Shown here: positions 10,093-19,885 of the stretch, piece by piece
How positions within the stretch are numbered: position 1 is the first letter of the stretch
Layout of the letters: every line of letters begins with the position of its first letter
IMG/VR virus record: IMGVR_UViG_3300045526_000237
Span: 1-55,553 of that record
Source of the DNA: a virus
Taxonomy: Duplodnaviria; Caudoviricetes
Length of the DNA stretch: 55,553 bases
Reading direction: 5' to 3' (one strand)
Position numbers and translations under genes: made by a program
The notes under the pieces: generated by a model
Databases searched by the model: none
The model's input: only the letters and a program-made list of their open reading frames with translations
Told to the model about the DNA's origin: nothing

Positions 10093-12630
10093 TTAATACC
10101 AACTGATACGAACATAACCATCGCCACCACGACCGCCAGCACCAGCGGTGTCTGTGGTTTCTTCATACCCACCTCCACCACCTCCGCCACCTTTAGAACC
10201 GTTGCCTCCGGAACCTACGGTTCCTGTGATTGGTGATGTTCCTAAGGCACCAGAGTTTCCGCCATAAACATAAAGATTGTTTCCGTAGGTGAGGGCACTA
10301 ATTTGGGAAGAAGTGTTTGATGTTTGACCTATCCAAGTGATTGTGTCTGTTGAGGTTCTTATGATTCCACCACCACCACCAGCAACATAAATATTATTTA
10401 CAAAAATAAGAGCATTAATAAAAGCACCACCAAAACCAGAAGTTCTTAAAGTCCAAGTGATTGTATCTGTTGATGTATTTAATACTCCACTATTACCACC
10501 AGCAACATAAGTATTGTTTGCAAAAGTGAGTGATTGAATAGAATTAGAAACAAAACTAGAAGTTCTTAATTCCCAAACAATGGCGTCTGTTGAAGTGCTT
10601 AATCGTCCATTGGCACCACCAGCAAGATAAAGATTGTTTCCAAAAGTAAGAGATAATATATTGTTAGCACCAATAGCAGAAGTTCTTATAGTCCAAGTGA
10701 TTGCATCTGTTGATGTGCGTATGAATCCCCCATCACCACCAGCAACATAAGTGTTGTTTGCAAAAGTAAGAGCAAAAGTTTGATTAGAACCAACACCAGC
10801 AGTTCTTAAAGTCCAAATGATTGCATTTGTTGAAGTATTTAATGCTCCATTAGTACCACCAGCAACATAAAGATTGTTTCCAAAAGTAAGAGAACTAATA
10901 CCATTAGCACCAAAACCAGAGGTTCTCAAAGTCCATAAAACCGCATTACCACTCACAGCACCACCACCACTTCCACCACCACCATAAGAAAGTCCAGATA
11001 TATTAGGACCAAAACTTCCATTCACTTCAATTGATGCATTTGCTGCTGTGTTGTTATAATAGTTAATTGTTCCTCCAGAACCACCCAAAGAAGAAATGGT
11101 AGAACTATAAGCACCTCCCCCTCCACCAGAAGTCTGGAATGCTGCTGTTGTGGTTGCGGCAGAGTTCCCGCCAAATGGAACTACTCTTCCTTGTTGTCCG
11201 GAAAGTCCTGCCGTTGTTTGAAGAAAGTTTGTATTTGCCGATGGTGGTACTCCTCCAGAACCACCAAGTAAAAGTCCGGTGTTACTTCCAGCACCTCCAC
11301 CATTTACTGTTATACTATTGGTTCCCAATGCACCAGTCCAAGATATTGTGGTTCCTGCTCCTGCCGTACCTGCTGTTCCTCCTGCACCAACATCTACGGT
11401 TAATGAAGACCCTGTGATTTGGTCTTTTGAGAGTATCCAAGATGCTGTTGCTCCTGAACCACCAGAACCTCCTGACATTCCTGGCGGAGAGAGAGGTGAT
11501 ACCAAGAGTCTAGATGAATCTCCAGAAACTACATATAATCCATTTCCATATGTAGATGAATTTATGGATACAGAAACGGAATCTAAAAAATTTATTGATT
11601 GCCAAATAATTGCGTCTGTTGATATTGACCTAGAATTCCCACCAGCAGCAAAATAAAAATTATTTTCATATAGTATTTTTCTATACCCTCCAATTGCAGT
11701 CCTTAAAGTCCATACAACTGTATCTGTTGAGGATATTAAAACTGCACCACCAATAAGATACAATCCATTCCCATATCCAACAGAATTCAATTGAGAAGTA
11801 GTCTCCGAAGTTCTTAACTGCCATACTATGGTATCTGTAGAAACTGCAATTCTTGATCCTGTAGATGAAATAATATAATATCCTCCACCATATCCGCTTC
11901 CATATATTGTGCCAGAACCACTCAACACAGGTACAGTTCTAAGTATCCAAATTATGCTGTCAGTGGATGAAATTATTGGTGCATTAAGACCAGCAGCAAC
12001 ATATAAACCATTTCCGTAAGACAATGTAAGTATGGTATTATTTCCATAAGATGAAGTTCTTGCAGTCCAAATAATTGCATCTGTTGAGGTAATCACAACT
12101 CCACCAGAACCAACAGATGTATATAATGAATTTGCATATATCAAACCAGAAAGGTTAGTCACAGTCACACCAGAAGTTCTTGCAGTCCAAATAATTGCAT
12201 CGGTTGAAGTTCTTAAAAGACCACCAGTACCGCAAAGTAAATAAATATTATTCGCAAAAATAACATTTTCAAGTACTGCAGAAGAAGTAGTTCCAGAAGT
12301 TCTCAAAACCCAAATACTTGCTGCCTCATAAGAACTACTATCACTATTTCCGGCAGCACCACCTCCACCGGCACCGGTTGCTTCAATTAAAAGTTCCTTT
12401 GCTTCTACCGGAATGTTATAAGTATAATTTCCCGCAGAGGTATATTCTACAGATTCTCCTATTGATTTCCAGACAAACTTTGTTCCATCATTTCCAGAAA
12501 ATTTATTCTCATTTCCAATGATACTAGGAGGGTCTAGTTTATCATTGATATACTGAACGTATGCGGCATCAGTGTCATTTGTTGCCGAAGAAATACCACT
12601 AATAAAATTAGACCCAAGTTCAACAGGCAT
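10093..12630 (-). CDS. Gly-rich virion/adhesin protein with two propeller-repeat blocks
   Basis: Same scaffold and repeats; ends GYVRISWY. Confidence 0.65.
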   Translation of the reverse strand: MPVELGSNFISGISSATNDTDAAYVQYINDKLDPPSIIGNENKFSGNDGTKFVWKSIGESVEYTSAGNYTYNIPVEAKELLIEATGAGGGGAAGNSDSSSYEAASIWVLRTSGTTSSAVLENVIFANNIYLLCGTGGLLRTSTDAIIWTARTSGVTVTNLSGLIYANSLYTSVGSGGVVITSTDAIIWTARTSSYGNNTILTLSYGNGLYVAAGLNAPIISSTDSIIWILRTVPVLSGSGTIYGSGYGGGYYIISSTGSRIAVSTDTIVWQLRTSETTSQLNSVGYGNGLYLIGGAVLISSTDTVVWTLRTAIGGYRKILYENNFYFAAGGNSRSISTDAIIWQSINFLDSVSVSINSSTYGNGLYVVSGDSSRLLVSPLSPPGMSGGSGGSGATASWILSKDQITGSSLTVDVGAGGTAGTAGAGTTISWTGALGTNSITVNGGGAGSNTGLLLGGSGGVPPSANTNFLQTTAGLSGQQGRVVPFGGNSAATTTAAFQTSGGGGGAYSSTISSLGGSGGTINYYNNTAANASIEVNGSFGPNISGLSYGGGGSGGGAVSGNAVLWTLRTSGFGANGISSLTFGNNLYVAGGTNGALNTSTNAIIWTLRTAGVGSNQTFALTFANNTYVAGGDGGFIRTSTDAITWTIRTSAIGANNILSLTFGNNLYLAGGANGRLSTSTDAIVWELRTSSFVSNSIQSLTFANNTYVAGGNSGVLNTSTDTITWTLRTSGFGGAFINALIFVNNIYVAGGGGGIIRTSTDTITWIGQTSNTSSQISALTYGNNLYVYGGNSGALGTSPITGTVGSGGNGSKGGGGGGGGYEETTDTAGAGGRGGDGYVRISWY

Positions 12631-12631
12631 A

Positions 12632-13978
12632 TCACACCTCCCCTAATCTTCTTTCCAGTTCTTCTATTCTTACATTCTGTTCTTTAATTGCTTCAATCAA
12701 TAATCCAACAAGATTCGCATAAGCAACTGATTTAGTCTCATAGTTTGGCATTGGAGATTTTGGATAAACAACTTCCGGCATAATCTTTTCAACCTCTTGA
12801 GCAATAACTCCGATTTGATGTTCTCCGGTATCTATACGGTCAAACTCCACACCACGCAAAGAAAGAACTTTATCTAATGCATTATCTATAGTTTTGATGT
12901 TTGCCTTGAGTTTCTCGTCAGAGTTTGCGGTAACCGTACCTCCTGCAACAAGATTTCCGGTTGAAGGATTAAAGGTAAGTTTTGTTGATGATATATTCAG
13001 AGAAGTTGAAAGTCCAGAAAGTGATGATGTAATACCAACATAAAAAGTTGAGTTTGTGGTGGTATTATCAATGATAGATACTCCAGATTCTGCAGTAACA
13101 CCAGATAATTTTGAACCATCACCATAATAAGTTATGACACCAACAGTTGCCGTGACAATACCAGCAGAAATTTGAAGAGTTCCTAAGGTTGAAATTCCAC
13201 TAATTGATAATGAAGTTCCTACAATATTACTTGAAATAGCAACGGTTACAACATTTCCAGATGCTGTTGCTAAGACATTATCACCCTTAAATTTTAAAGT
13301 AGTAACACTTCCAGATGTACCTATAATGGTTTCTTCATCATAAACAGTGATTCCACCAAAAGAACCATTTGCTGCACTTACATTTCCCCAATATGGTGTA
13401 GAACCATCAAATAATAAAACCTGACCTGAAACTCCATTATTTACAAAATTAGTTGTATCAATTGCAGATTGATACACAACATTTCCAGAAGACCCACCTT
13501 TTAAGTTAGTTGCTATACCGGCATTAGTTGCATAAGTCGATATACCGCTTGAGGTTGCATAAGTTGCTATACCGCTTGAGGTTGCATAAGTAGCAATGCC
13601 AGCATAGTCGGCATAAGTAGCAATACCAGAACTGGTTGCATATGATGCACTTGTAGTATTACCATCAAAACTTGATGCGGTAACAACTCCAGTGATTCTA
13701 ACATCACCAACTACATAAAGTTTTGATGTTGGATTTGTGGTTCCTACTCCAACATTACCATCATAAGGATTTAATAAAACAGTCTTATTATTACTAATTG
13801 AAAATAAAGTTCCTTCAGTACCATCAAAACTTAAAGTACCATTATTCGTAGAGTAAATGGTCGCAGTAATGGTAGATGGTCCGGTATCTGTGCTGGCACC
13901 AACAAACTCTATCTTTGGGTCAGTATTTGTAGAACCAATACTTGGGGTAATTATGAGATTTTTATCGTTAAGTGCCAT
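12632..13978 (-). CDS. Tail fibre protein with C-terminal intramolecular chaperone (peptidase S74)
   Basis: SDEKLKANIKTI...LRGVEF...GVIAQEVE...VAYANLVGLLIEAIKEQ; GNVGVGTTNPTSKL fibre repeat. Confidence 0.85.
   Translation of the reverse strand: MALNDKNLIITPSIGSTNTDPKIEFVGASTDTGPSTITATIYSTNNGTLSFDGTEGTLFSISNNKTVLLNPYDGNVGVGTTNPTSKLYVVGDVRITGVVTASSFDGNTTSASYATSSGIATYADYAGIATYATSSGIATYATSSGISTYATNAGIATNLKGGSSGNVVYQSAIDTTNFVNNGVSGQVLLFDGSTPYWGNVSAANGSFGGITVYDEETIIGTSGSVTTLKFKGDNVLATASGNVVTVAISSNIVGTSLSISGISTLGTLQISAGIVTATVGVITYYGDGSKLSGVTAESGVSIIDNTTTNSTFYVGITSSLSGLSTSLNISSTKLTFNPSTGNLVAGGTVTANSDEKLKANIKTIDNALDKVLSLRGVEFDRIDTGEHQIGVIAQEVEKIMPEVVYPKSPMPNYETKSVAYANLVGLLIEAIKEQNVRIEELERRLGEV
13512..13650 (-). 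repeat. 27-bp tandem repeat encoding ATYATSSGI-type units
   Basis: Repeated gcataagt.gc.atacc units. Confidence 0.8.
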
Positions 13979-14006
13979 CCCCTTATTTACCTTTATTAAT
14001 TATTTA

Positions 14007-14756
14007 TTATAATCCAAAACGACCTCTAAGTGCATTGAAGTTTTGTTGGACTTCTGCTGCAGAGAGTGCTTTGTTGTATGCACCAAATTGATAAAAGATG
14101 CAACTAGTCACTCTACTAGAATTTAATGTCCTTCTACCAAGAAAAACATTAGGACTTGTACTCCTAGTTATACTTCCTGTTGTTGCATTAGAAGTTATTA
14201 AATTTCCGTTTCTATATAACTTTCCACCTTCAGTTGAGGAATATGTATAACACCAAAAATTCATAGAATTTGCATCTGCTAATGAAGTAAAGATATAACC
14301 ACATCCACCGCCAGCAGTTATATATGAACCACCGGTTTGATATCTATTAAACCCAATAGACCCAAATGGTCCACCAAAAACATTATTATCATCATACATA
14401 GTCACATCCCAACCTCCGCCTGAATCACCATCACCATTACTTGCGATAGCAGGATAGTTTGCATTATGTTTTAGTGTTTTATTCCTTGCTATAATTTGTA
14501 AAGTAAATGATGTATTACCATTAAATGCTAGTGCCTCAGTATATGCTCTCTCAATATAATCATCAGTTCCATCCTGCTCTATTCCACCAAGGTTATTTGA
14601 ATTAAATGTTGGTCCATTTATCAAGGTAAAGTTTCTTCCATTACCACTCAAATCAGTCCAAGTGGTTCCACTTCCAGGATAAGACTTACGATTTCCTGCA
14701 TCAAGACACAAGACCAAACCATTCATTACCAGCGATGGACTGTGAGACAATCCCAT
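14007..14756 (-). CDS. LamG/concanavalin A-like lectin domain protein
   Basis: GLVLCLDAGNRKSYPGSGTTWTDLSGNG ... YNKALSAAEVQQNFNALRGRFGL; start MGLSHSP at 14756. Confidence 0.85.
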   Translation of the reverse strand: MGLSHSPSLVMNGLVLCLDAGNRKSYPGSGTTWTDLSGNGRNFTLINGPTFNSNNLGGIEQDGTDDYIERAYTEALAFNGNTSFTLQIIARNKTLKHNANYPAIASNGDGDSGGGWDVTMYDDNNVFGGPFGSIGFNRYQTGGSYITAGGGCGYIFTSLADANSMNFWCYTYSSTEGGKLYRNGNLITSNATTGSITRSTSPNVFLGRRTLNSSRVTSCIFYQFGAYNKALSAAEVQQNFNALRGRFGL

Positions 14757-14757
14757 T

Positions 14758-15009
14758 TCACACTTCCTCCATCGGTGCAGTCCATTCAGAACCACTCAGT
14801 ATCTCTAAGATTTCTTCATAAGTATAAGGACCTTCTGCACCTACAATATCGTTTATAAATGATGGTGCTTCAGCATCCCACTTAATAAATGACTTGGTAG
14901 AATCTAACGAAAGTCTTAAAGTTTCTTCTGAACTTTCACAGACTTGTGTAAAATCAATTTTCGATACTTCAGTGATAGGAAAAATAAGATATTTTCTATT
15001 TTCGTACAT
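14758..15009 (-). CDS. Small protein accompanying LamG genes (cyanophage-type hypothetical)
   Basis: Start MYENRKY at 15009 downstream of a TAAATA box; motif PYTYEEILEILSGSEW. Confidence 0.65.
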   Translation of the reverse strand: MYENRKYLIFPITEVSKIDFTQVCESSEETLRLSLDSTKSFIKWDAEAPSFINDIVGAEGPYTYEEILEILSGSEWTAPMEEV

Positions 15010-15032
15010 AATTTTAAAGGTTTTATAAGTAT

Positions 15033-15719
15033 TTAGATTCCAAATCTTCCACGAAGAGCATTGAAGTTTTGTTGGACTTCTGCTGCTGTGAGTGCTCTGT
15101 TGTATATTGAGACTTGTGCTACATTTCCATTTAAATATCTTCCCCCATTTTGCCAATATCCAATACTTATATTTGGTTGCACTGTGCGGATTCCAGATCC
15201 AGTATTTGAAGTTGAATGATTCAAAGATCCGTCAATATACATTCTTGCTTCTGTTGTTCCCGAAATAGTTATCGCAATAAAATGCCAGTTCCCATCACCA
15301 ACAGTAAATGTAGAAGATAAGTTGCCAGAGGCAGTTAGTGGTTTTCCAGACAAATCTGGTCTATCTTGAATAACAAATCCTTGGGTTCCAGTATGATTAT
15401 TATCTAATAGAATTTGTATATCAGATATAGTATTTCCAGATTTAGTAGTCCATTTTGCATACATACAAATGCTGATATTTCCACCAGTGGTTATAGAACT
15501 TGGGCGGGTAGTAATTACATAATCATTCGTTCCATCAAAGACAACACTTCCACCATTAGAACTACTATAAGTCGGTCCATTTGTTAGAGTTCCATTATTA
15601 CCATTACCACTCAAATCAGTCCAGGTAGTTCCACTTCCAGAATAAGACTTACGATTTCCTGCATCTAATGCAAGAACTAAACCATTTTCTACTATTTCAG
15701 GACCTGCATAAACTCCCAT
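15033..15719 (-). CDS. LamG/concanavalin A-like lectin domain protein
   Basis: Same conserved termini; WHFIAIT, MYIDG. Confidence 0.85.
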   Translation of the reverse strand: MGVYAGPEIVENGLVLALDAGNRKSYSGSGTTWTDLSGNGNNGTLTNGPTYSSSNGGSVVFDGTNDYVITTRPSSITTGGNISICMYAKWTTKSGNTISDIQILLDNNHTGTQGFVIQDRPDLSGKPLTASGNLSSTFTVGDGNWHFIAITISGTTEARMYIDGSLNHSTSNTGSGIRTVQPNISIGYWQNGGRYLNGNVAQVSIYNRALTAAEVQQNFNALRGRFGI

Positions 15720-15731
15720 TTTTATTTCCTC

Positions 15732-17681
15732 TTAGATTCCAAATCTTCCACGAAGAGCATTGAAGTTCTGTTGGATTTCTGATGCTGTGAGTGCTTTGTT
15801 GTATATTTGTACTGAATATGTATTTGAATTTACATACCTATTCAAAATGGAAGATATTCTGTTTATTTCTAAAGTTGTTTTAGTTGTTGTAAATAAAGAT
15901 GTTGCGGGAGCAGTTGGAGATATTTGTCCATTATTAATATAACATATTGCAGTTGTAGCATCATAAGTTGCTACTATATTATATATTGTATTGTTTGTTA
16001 ATATTGGACTAGCAATAAGATCAAATACAATAATTCCATTATTTCTATAAGAAAATCTTAATTGATTACCAGCAGTTGCTTCAAGGAAAACTCCATCATT
16101 ATTAGCATCATTGTAGTTACTGATAAGTGTTTTTGATAATAGAGGTACAGATATAAAATTTGTCCATATAGATAATGTAAATGGTGTATTAAATCTGTAA
16201 CTAAAGTTAGAAATAGAGGCATAATCATTACTTCCATCAAAAACTAAACTTCCGCCATTACCACTATTATACCCAACACCATTCTCCAGAGTTCCATTAT
16301 TACCTCTACCACTTAAATCAGTCCAAGTGGTTCCACTTCCAGAATAAGACTTACGATTTCCTGCATCCAAATGTAAAACCAATCCATCATTTACAATTTG
16401 ACTATAACCATCTTGAACGGTACTAAAAACTCTCAAAGCAGGTGTTGTAAGTTCTCTTGGATAGTAAATAAGTTTTTTAATGTGCCCACTAAATCTGTTT
16501 CCACTTCTATCATGACCTATTCGCATTGTTGTAATGCCAACAGGAAGAGAACCTGAAGTTGTCGTAACTACACCAATTCCCTCACTTGCTAAACTAAATT
16601 GATTGTCTTTTGCGGATAATGAAACTCTATATTCTAAATTTGTAGTAGAAACATTTGGTGCAGTTCCAATTGCAACTGTGGTTACTCCGGCATTTACCAC
16701 ATTTAAAGTTGGTGTAGTTGTTGCAATGGATACTTTAACTTCATTGTTTGTGGTATTATCATCGAAAGATAACAATGGTTGAGTACCCGTGGTTGATTTT
16801 GGAACATAATGAAGAATAATAGAAGAACTTGAAGAATTGTAAAAGTTTGGTGAGGAAATAGTAAAATTATCTGTTCCTCTTGTGACTGTTGAACCTGATG
16901 TTGGAATGTAGGAAGTTGGAAAAGTTCCAGTTTCTAACTGTGCTCCCCAAAACAAAACACCTTTTATTCCATCTGCCCCCACTACTCCATCTAAATTAGT
17001 TCGATCGAAATTATGTCTAGGTGCTAATTTTATTACAGCAGCACCGTTATGTATTGGTGTATAAAAATGCAATCTCCACCAACTATTAAACAAAGGAATC
17101 GAATATCCAACAATTCCTCCTCCGTCCTGTACGCCAAACTGTCCCGTTGTAAGATCAAAACAAAATTTAGGAAATCCTCCTGAAGACGTTTGTATTTGTC
17201 CACCTAAAAAATTAAATCCGTCAGCTTTGGCATATATGGTAAACATATAAGTTCCTGCTGTCGAATTTGTATATTGCAATCTAGCGTTAGTTGCACCAGA
17301 ATTTGGAATAACTTTTGTTACATTTGATGTTCCTGATGGTGATAAAACACTAGATGCTCCTAAACTTGCCGCAAACAATGACCATGGAGAAACTGAAAAA
17401 TTTTCACTATATGTTGATAAATTAGTCCTCTGTTCTTCAATCAACAATCCCAAAGGATTTCCGCTAGAATCATACTCAAAACGTGGTTCAAAAGCAGCAG
17501 CAGTCTTAATCAATCCATCAGAACCAACATAAGTTCCTGTTGTAGTTCTGCCAATACTAATATAATCATTTCTTTTACTTATACCATCACGAAGATTTCC
17601 TGCTCTTGCAAAGTCATACACAAGACCAGGAAATCCATAGGTTTCATAATTAACTTCTCTTTGATTATAAACTACACCCAT
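15732..17681 (-). CDS. Head-spike/fibre-like protein with C-terminal LamG domain
   Basis: GLLIEEQRTNL and WGAQLE.G.FPTSYIPT motifs, followed by a LamG module. Confidence 0.75.
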   Translation of the reverse strand: MGVVYNQREVNYETYGFPGLVYDFARAGNLRDGISKRNDYISIGRTTTGTYVGSDGLIKTAAAFEPRFEYDSSGNPLGLLIEEQRTNLSTYSENFSVSPWSLFAASLGASSVLSPSGTSNVTKVIPNSGATNARLQYTNSTAGTYMFTIYAKADGFNFLGGQIQTSSGGFPKFCFDLTTGQFGVQDGGGIVGYSIPLFNSWWRLHFYTPIHNGAAVIKLAPRHNFDRTNLDGVVGADGIKGVLFWGAQLETGTFPTSYIPTSGSTVTRGTDNFTISSPNFYNSSSSSIILHYVPKSTTGTQPLLSFDDNTTNNEVKVSIATTTPTLNVVNAGVTTVAIGTAPNVSTTNLEYRVSLSAKDNQFSLASEGIGVVTTTSGSLPVGITTMRIGHDRSGNRFSGHIKKLIYYPRELTTPALRVFSTVQDGYSQIVNDGLVLHLDAGNRKSYSGSGTTWTDLSGRGNNGTLENGVGYNSGNGGSLVFDGSNDYASISNFSYRFNTPFTLSIWTNFISVPLLSKTLISNYNDANNDGVFLEATAGNQLRFSYRNNGIIVFDLIASPILTNNTIYNIVATYDATTAICYINNGQISPTAPATSLFTTTKTTLEINRISSILNRYVNSNTYSVQIYNKALTASEIQQNFNALRGRFGI

Positions 17682-17712
17682 TTTCTTATACTTCTAAACC
17701 TTTTCATTTTTA

Positions 17713-19854
17713 CTAAAATTCAACTTTCAAATCTTCAACATCTTTTCTGATTGCGGTAAAGTCCCAATAAAAATCATATTCACCAGTTTTTTCTTCCATC
17801 ATTACAACAAAGTTATTTTCAGAAACATTTACTTCTTCAACCCAAATAACTTTTCCGTGTTTAATATTTGTAATATGAATATTTATTCCCTCTTCCTTAA
17901 CAAGATTGTGAATATATTCTGGAAGTTCAACAACACACATTCCATTTTGAATTGTTGAAGAACCAGTCAGGCGAATTCCGTGATATGGACTTTCTAAAGA
18001 ACCATACTGAAGTTTCTTACCTTCCTTTGTTGGGTGTGGAATAATGAATGACTTGGTGGTTGCACCGAAGGAACCAACAACATGAAGTTTATATGTTGGA
18101 CTTGTGGTTCCAATACCAACATCACCAGTTGTTGTAATCGCAACTCTGGTGGTTCCATCTGTCTGGAGTTCTAGTTGTCTTGCGGTTCCACCAGCAGTTC
18201 CTTTTTCGGTTCCGATTATAAAAACATTATTAGACCAACCTAAAGAACCTCTTTCAAAATTAGTTGATGAAGTGAAGGTGTTGTAGATACGTGAGGTTTG
18301 TGCATTGGTGTCACGGCGCTGAGCTAGTACGTTTACGGATTCACCGTGTAACACGGTTGTGTTGTAACCACCTATGGCAATAGATATATTTTCTCTGGTA
18401 TAAAACCTAGCAGCATCTGCAGCAAATATCTCAGTCCCCGCTCTTGCAACACTTATGTTTGTTCCGAAGTCAATTCGGCTATTGCCAAAGGATAGTGCTC
18501 TCGTTCCATTTACCTGCAAGTCCAACAAGTTCCCACTATAACCACTCGGAGCATTTACAACTAAAGTAGAACCAGGTTGTGTAGAACCAATACCAACAAA
18601 AGTTGTACTACCAACACCAACAGTTGTAATGATAGTTCCACCAACACCAACATTTAGAAGACCTGTTGTTGTTACACCAGAAACTAAAGTATTGCCAACA
18701 ACATGAAGTTTTGATGTTGGATTTGTAGTTCCAATACCAACATTACCACCATAAGGTCCGATTTGAATTATTCCATTTGCATCTACATCAATACTAGGAA
18801 TACCAGAAACATCATTAACAGCAAAAATAGAACCAGTGGTAAGATTATTGGTAATAGAAAATAACTGACCTGCAGAACCTTCCCAAGATAAAGTCCCGTT
18901 ATTTACTTCATATGCTCTTTGAGTAATGTGTTGTCCCGTAGAAGAACCTGCGGCAACAAGAAGATTACCAAGAACATGAAGATTTTGTAGTGGTATTGTA
19001 GTTCCTATACCAACAAGACCCGTTGTGGTAATGGCGACTCTGGTGGTTCCATTGGTTTGGAACTCCATTTGTCTTGCGGTTCCAGTTCCATCAGTTTGAG
19101 TTCCTACTACAAATGTGTTTGAAGTCCAACCTAAATATGCTCTTTCGAAATTAGTATTTCCTGTCCCAGTTACATTATTATAGATACGGAAGGTTTGTGG
19201 ATTGGTGCCGTTTCTTTGTTCTAAAACATTAGGATTATTTCCATAAAGAGCAGTAGAATTAGTTGTAGTCCAGGAAATATAATTTCCACTGAAAAGAGTT
19301 AAACCTGGACCAGTCGAATTCATATTTCCAAGATTTAATACTGTACTATTAGCACCTGAAAATTGAAGTCCATTTCCACCATCTAATGATAAAGTTTGCC
19401 AACCACCTGTGTTGGATATTTGGAATGAAGCACCATTTCCACCAAATCTTCCAGACTTTCCAACATAAAAACTTTGAGTTCCGCCAATTCTTAAGTCAAG
19501 CAACCTACTACTTGCATTAGAAGAAGTATCAGTTACATTAACTGTAAGTGCAGTTGCAATACCGGAACCAGCAGTCCAGGTTTGGTTGATTTGAAGTGGT
19601 TGTAAATTACCAGAACTAGCAGAACCTCTTATGGTAGTAATTCCATTAATATTCAAAGGTCCAGTGCTAGTAACACCACTAACGTTCAAAGAAGTAGCAT
19701 TTAAAGTTCCAGTGCTAGTAACACCACTAACGTTCAAAGAAGTAGCATTTAAAGTTCCAGTGCTAGTGATTCCAGTAACATCAAGTTTTGATGCTATGAC
19801 ATCATTTAACTGTAATGGTTCATTTAAATTGTGCTTATAGTTATTAATTGCCAT
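17713..19854 (-). CDS. Tail fibre-like structural protein
   Basis: VGIGTT repeats; C-terminal KSFIIPHP...LQYGSLESP...RKDV domain. Confidence 0.75.
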   Translation of the reverse strand: MAINNYKHNLNEPLQLNDVIASKLDVTGITSTGTLNATSLNVSGVTSTGTLNATSLNVSGVTSTGPLNINGITTIRGSASSGNLQPLQINQTWTAGSGIATALTVNVTDTSSNASSRLLDLRIGGTQSFYVGKSGRFGGNGASFQISNTGGWQTLSLDGGNGLQFSGANSTVLNLGNMNSTGPGLTLFSGNYISWTTTNSTALYGNNPNVLEQRNGTNPQTFRIYNNVTGTGNTNFERAYLGWTSNTFVVGTQTDGTGTARQMEFQTNGTTRVAITTTGLVGIGTTIPLQNLHVLGNLLVAAGSSTGQHITQRAYEVNNGTLSWEGSAGQLFSITNNLTTGSIFAVNDVSGIPSIDVDANGIIQIGPYGGNVGIGTTNPTSKLHVVGNTLVSGVTTTGLLNVGVGGTIITTVGVGSTTFVGIGSTQPGSTLVVNAPSGYSGNLLDLQVNGTRALSFGNSRIDFGTNISVARAGTEIFAADAARFYTRENISIAIGGYNTTVLHGESVNVLAQRRDTNAQTSRIYNTFTSSTNFERGSLGWSNNVFIIGTEKGTAGGTARQLELQTDGTTRVAITTTGDVGIGTTSPTYKLHVVGSFGATTKSFIIPHPTKEGKKLQYGSLESPYHGIRLTGSSTIQNGMCVVELPEYIHNLVKEEGINIHITNIKHGKVIWVEEVNVSENNFVVMMEEKTGEYDFYWDFTAIRKDVEDLKVEF
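19661..19767 (-). repeat. Perfect 48-bp tandem repeat (2.2 copies; TSTGTLNATSLNVSGV)
   Basis: ccagtgctagtaacaccactaacgttcaaagaagtagcatttaaagtt x2. Confidence 0.9.
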
Positions 19855-19885
19855 TTAGTTTAATCCTCCTTGAGGCAATTAATAG

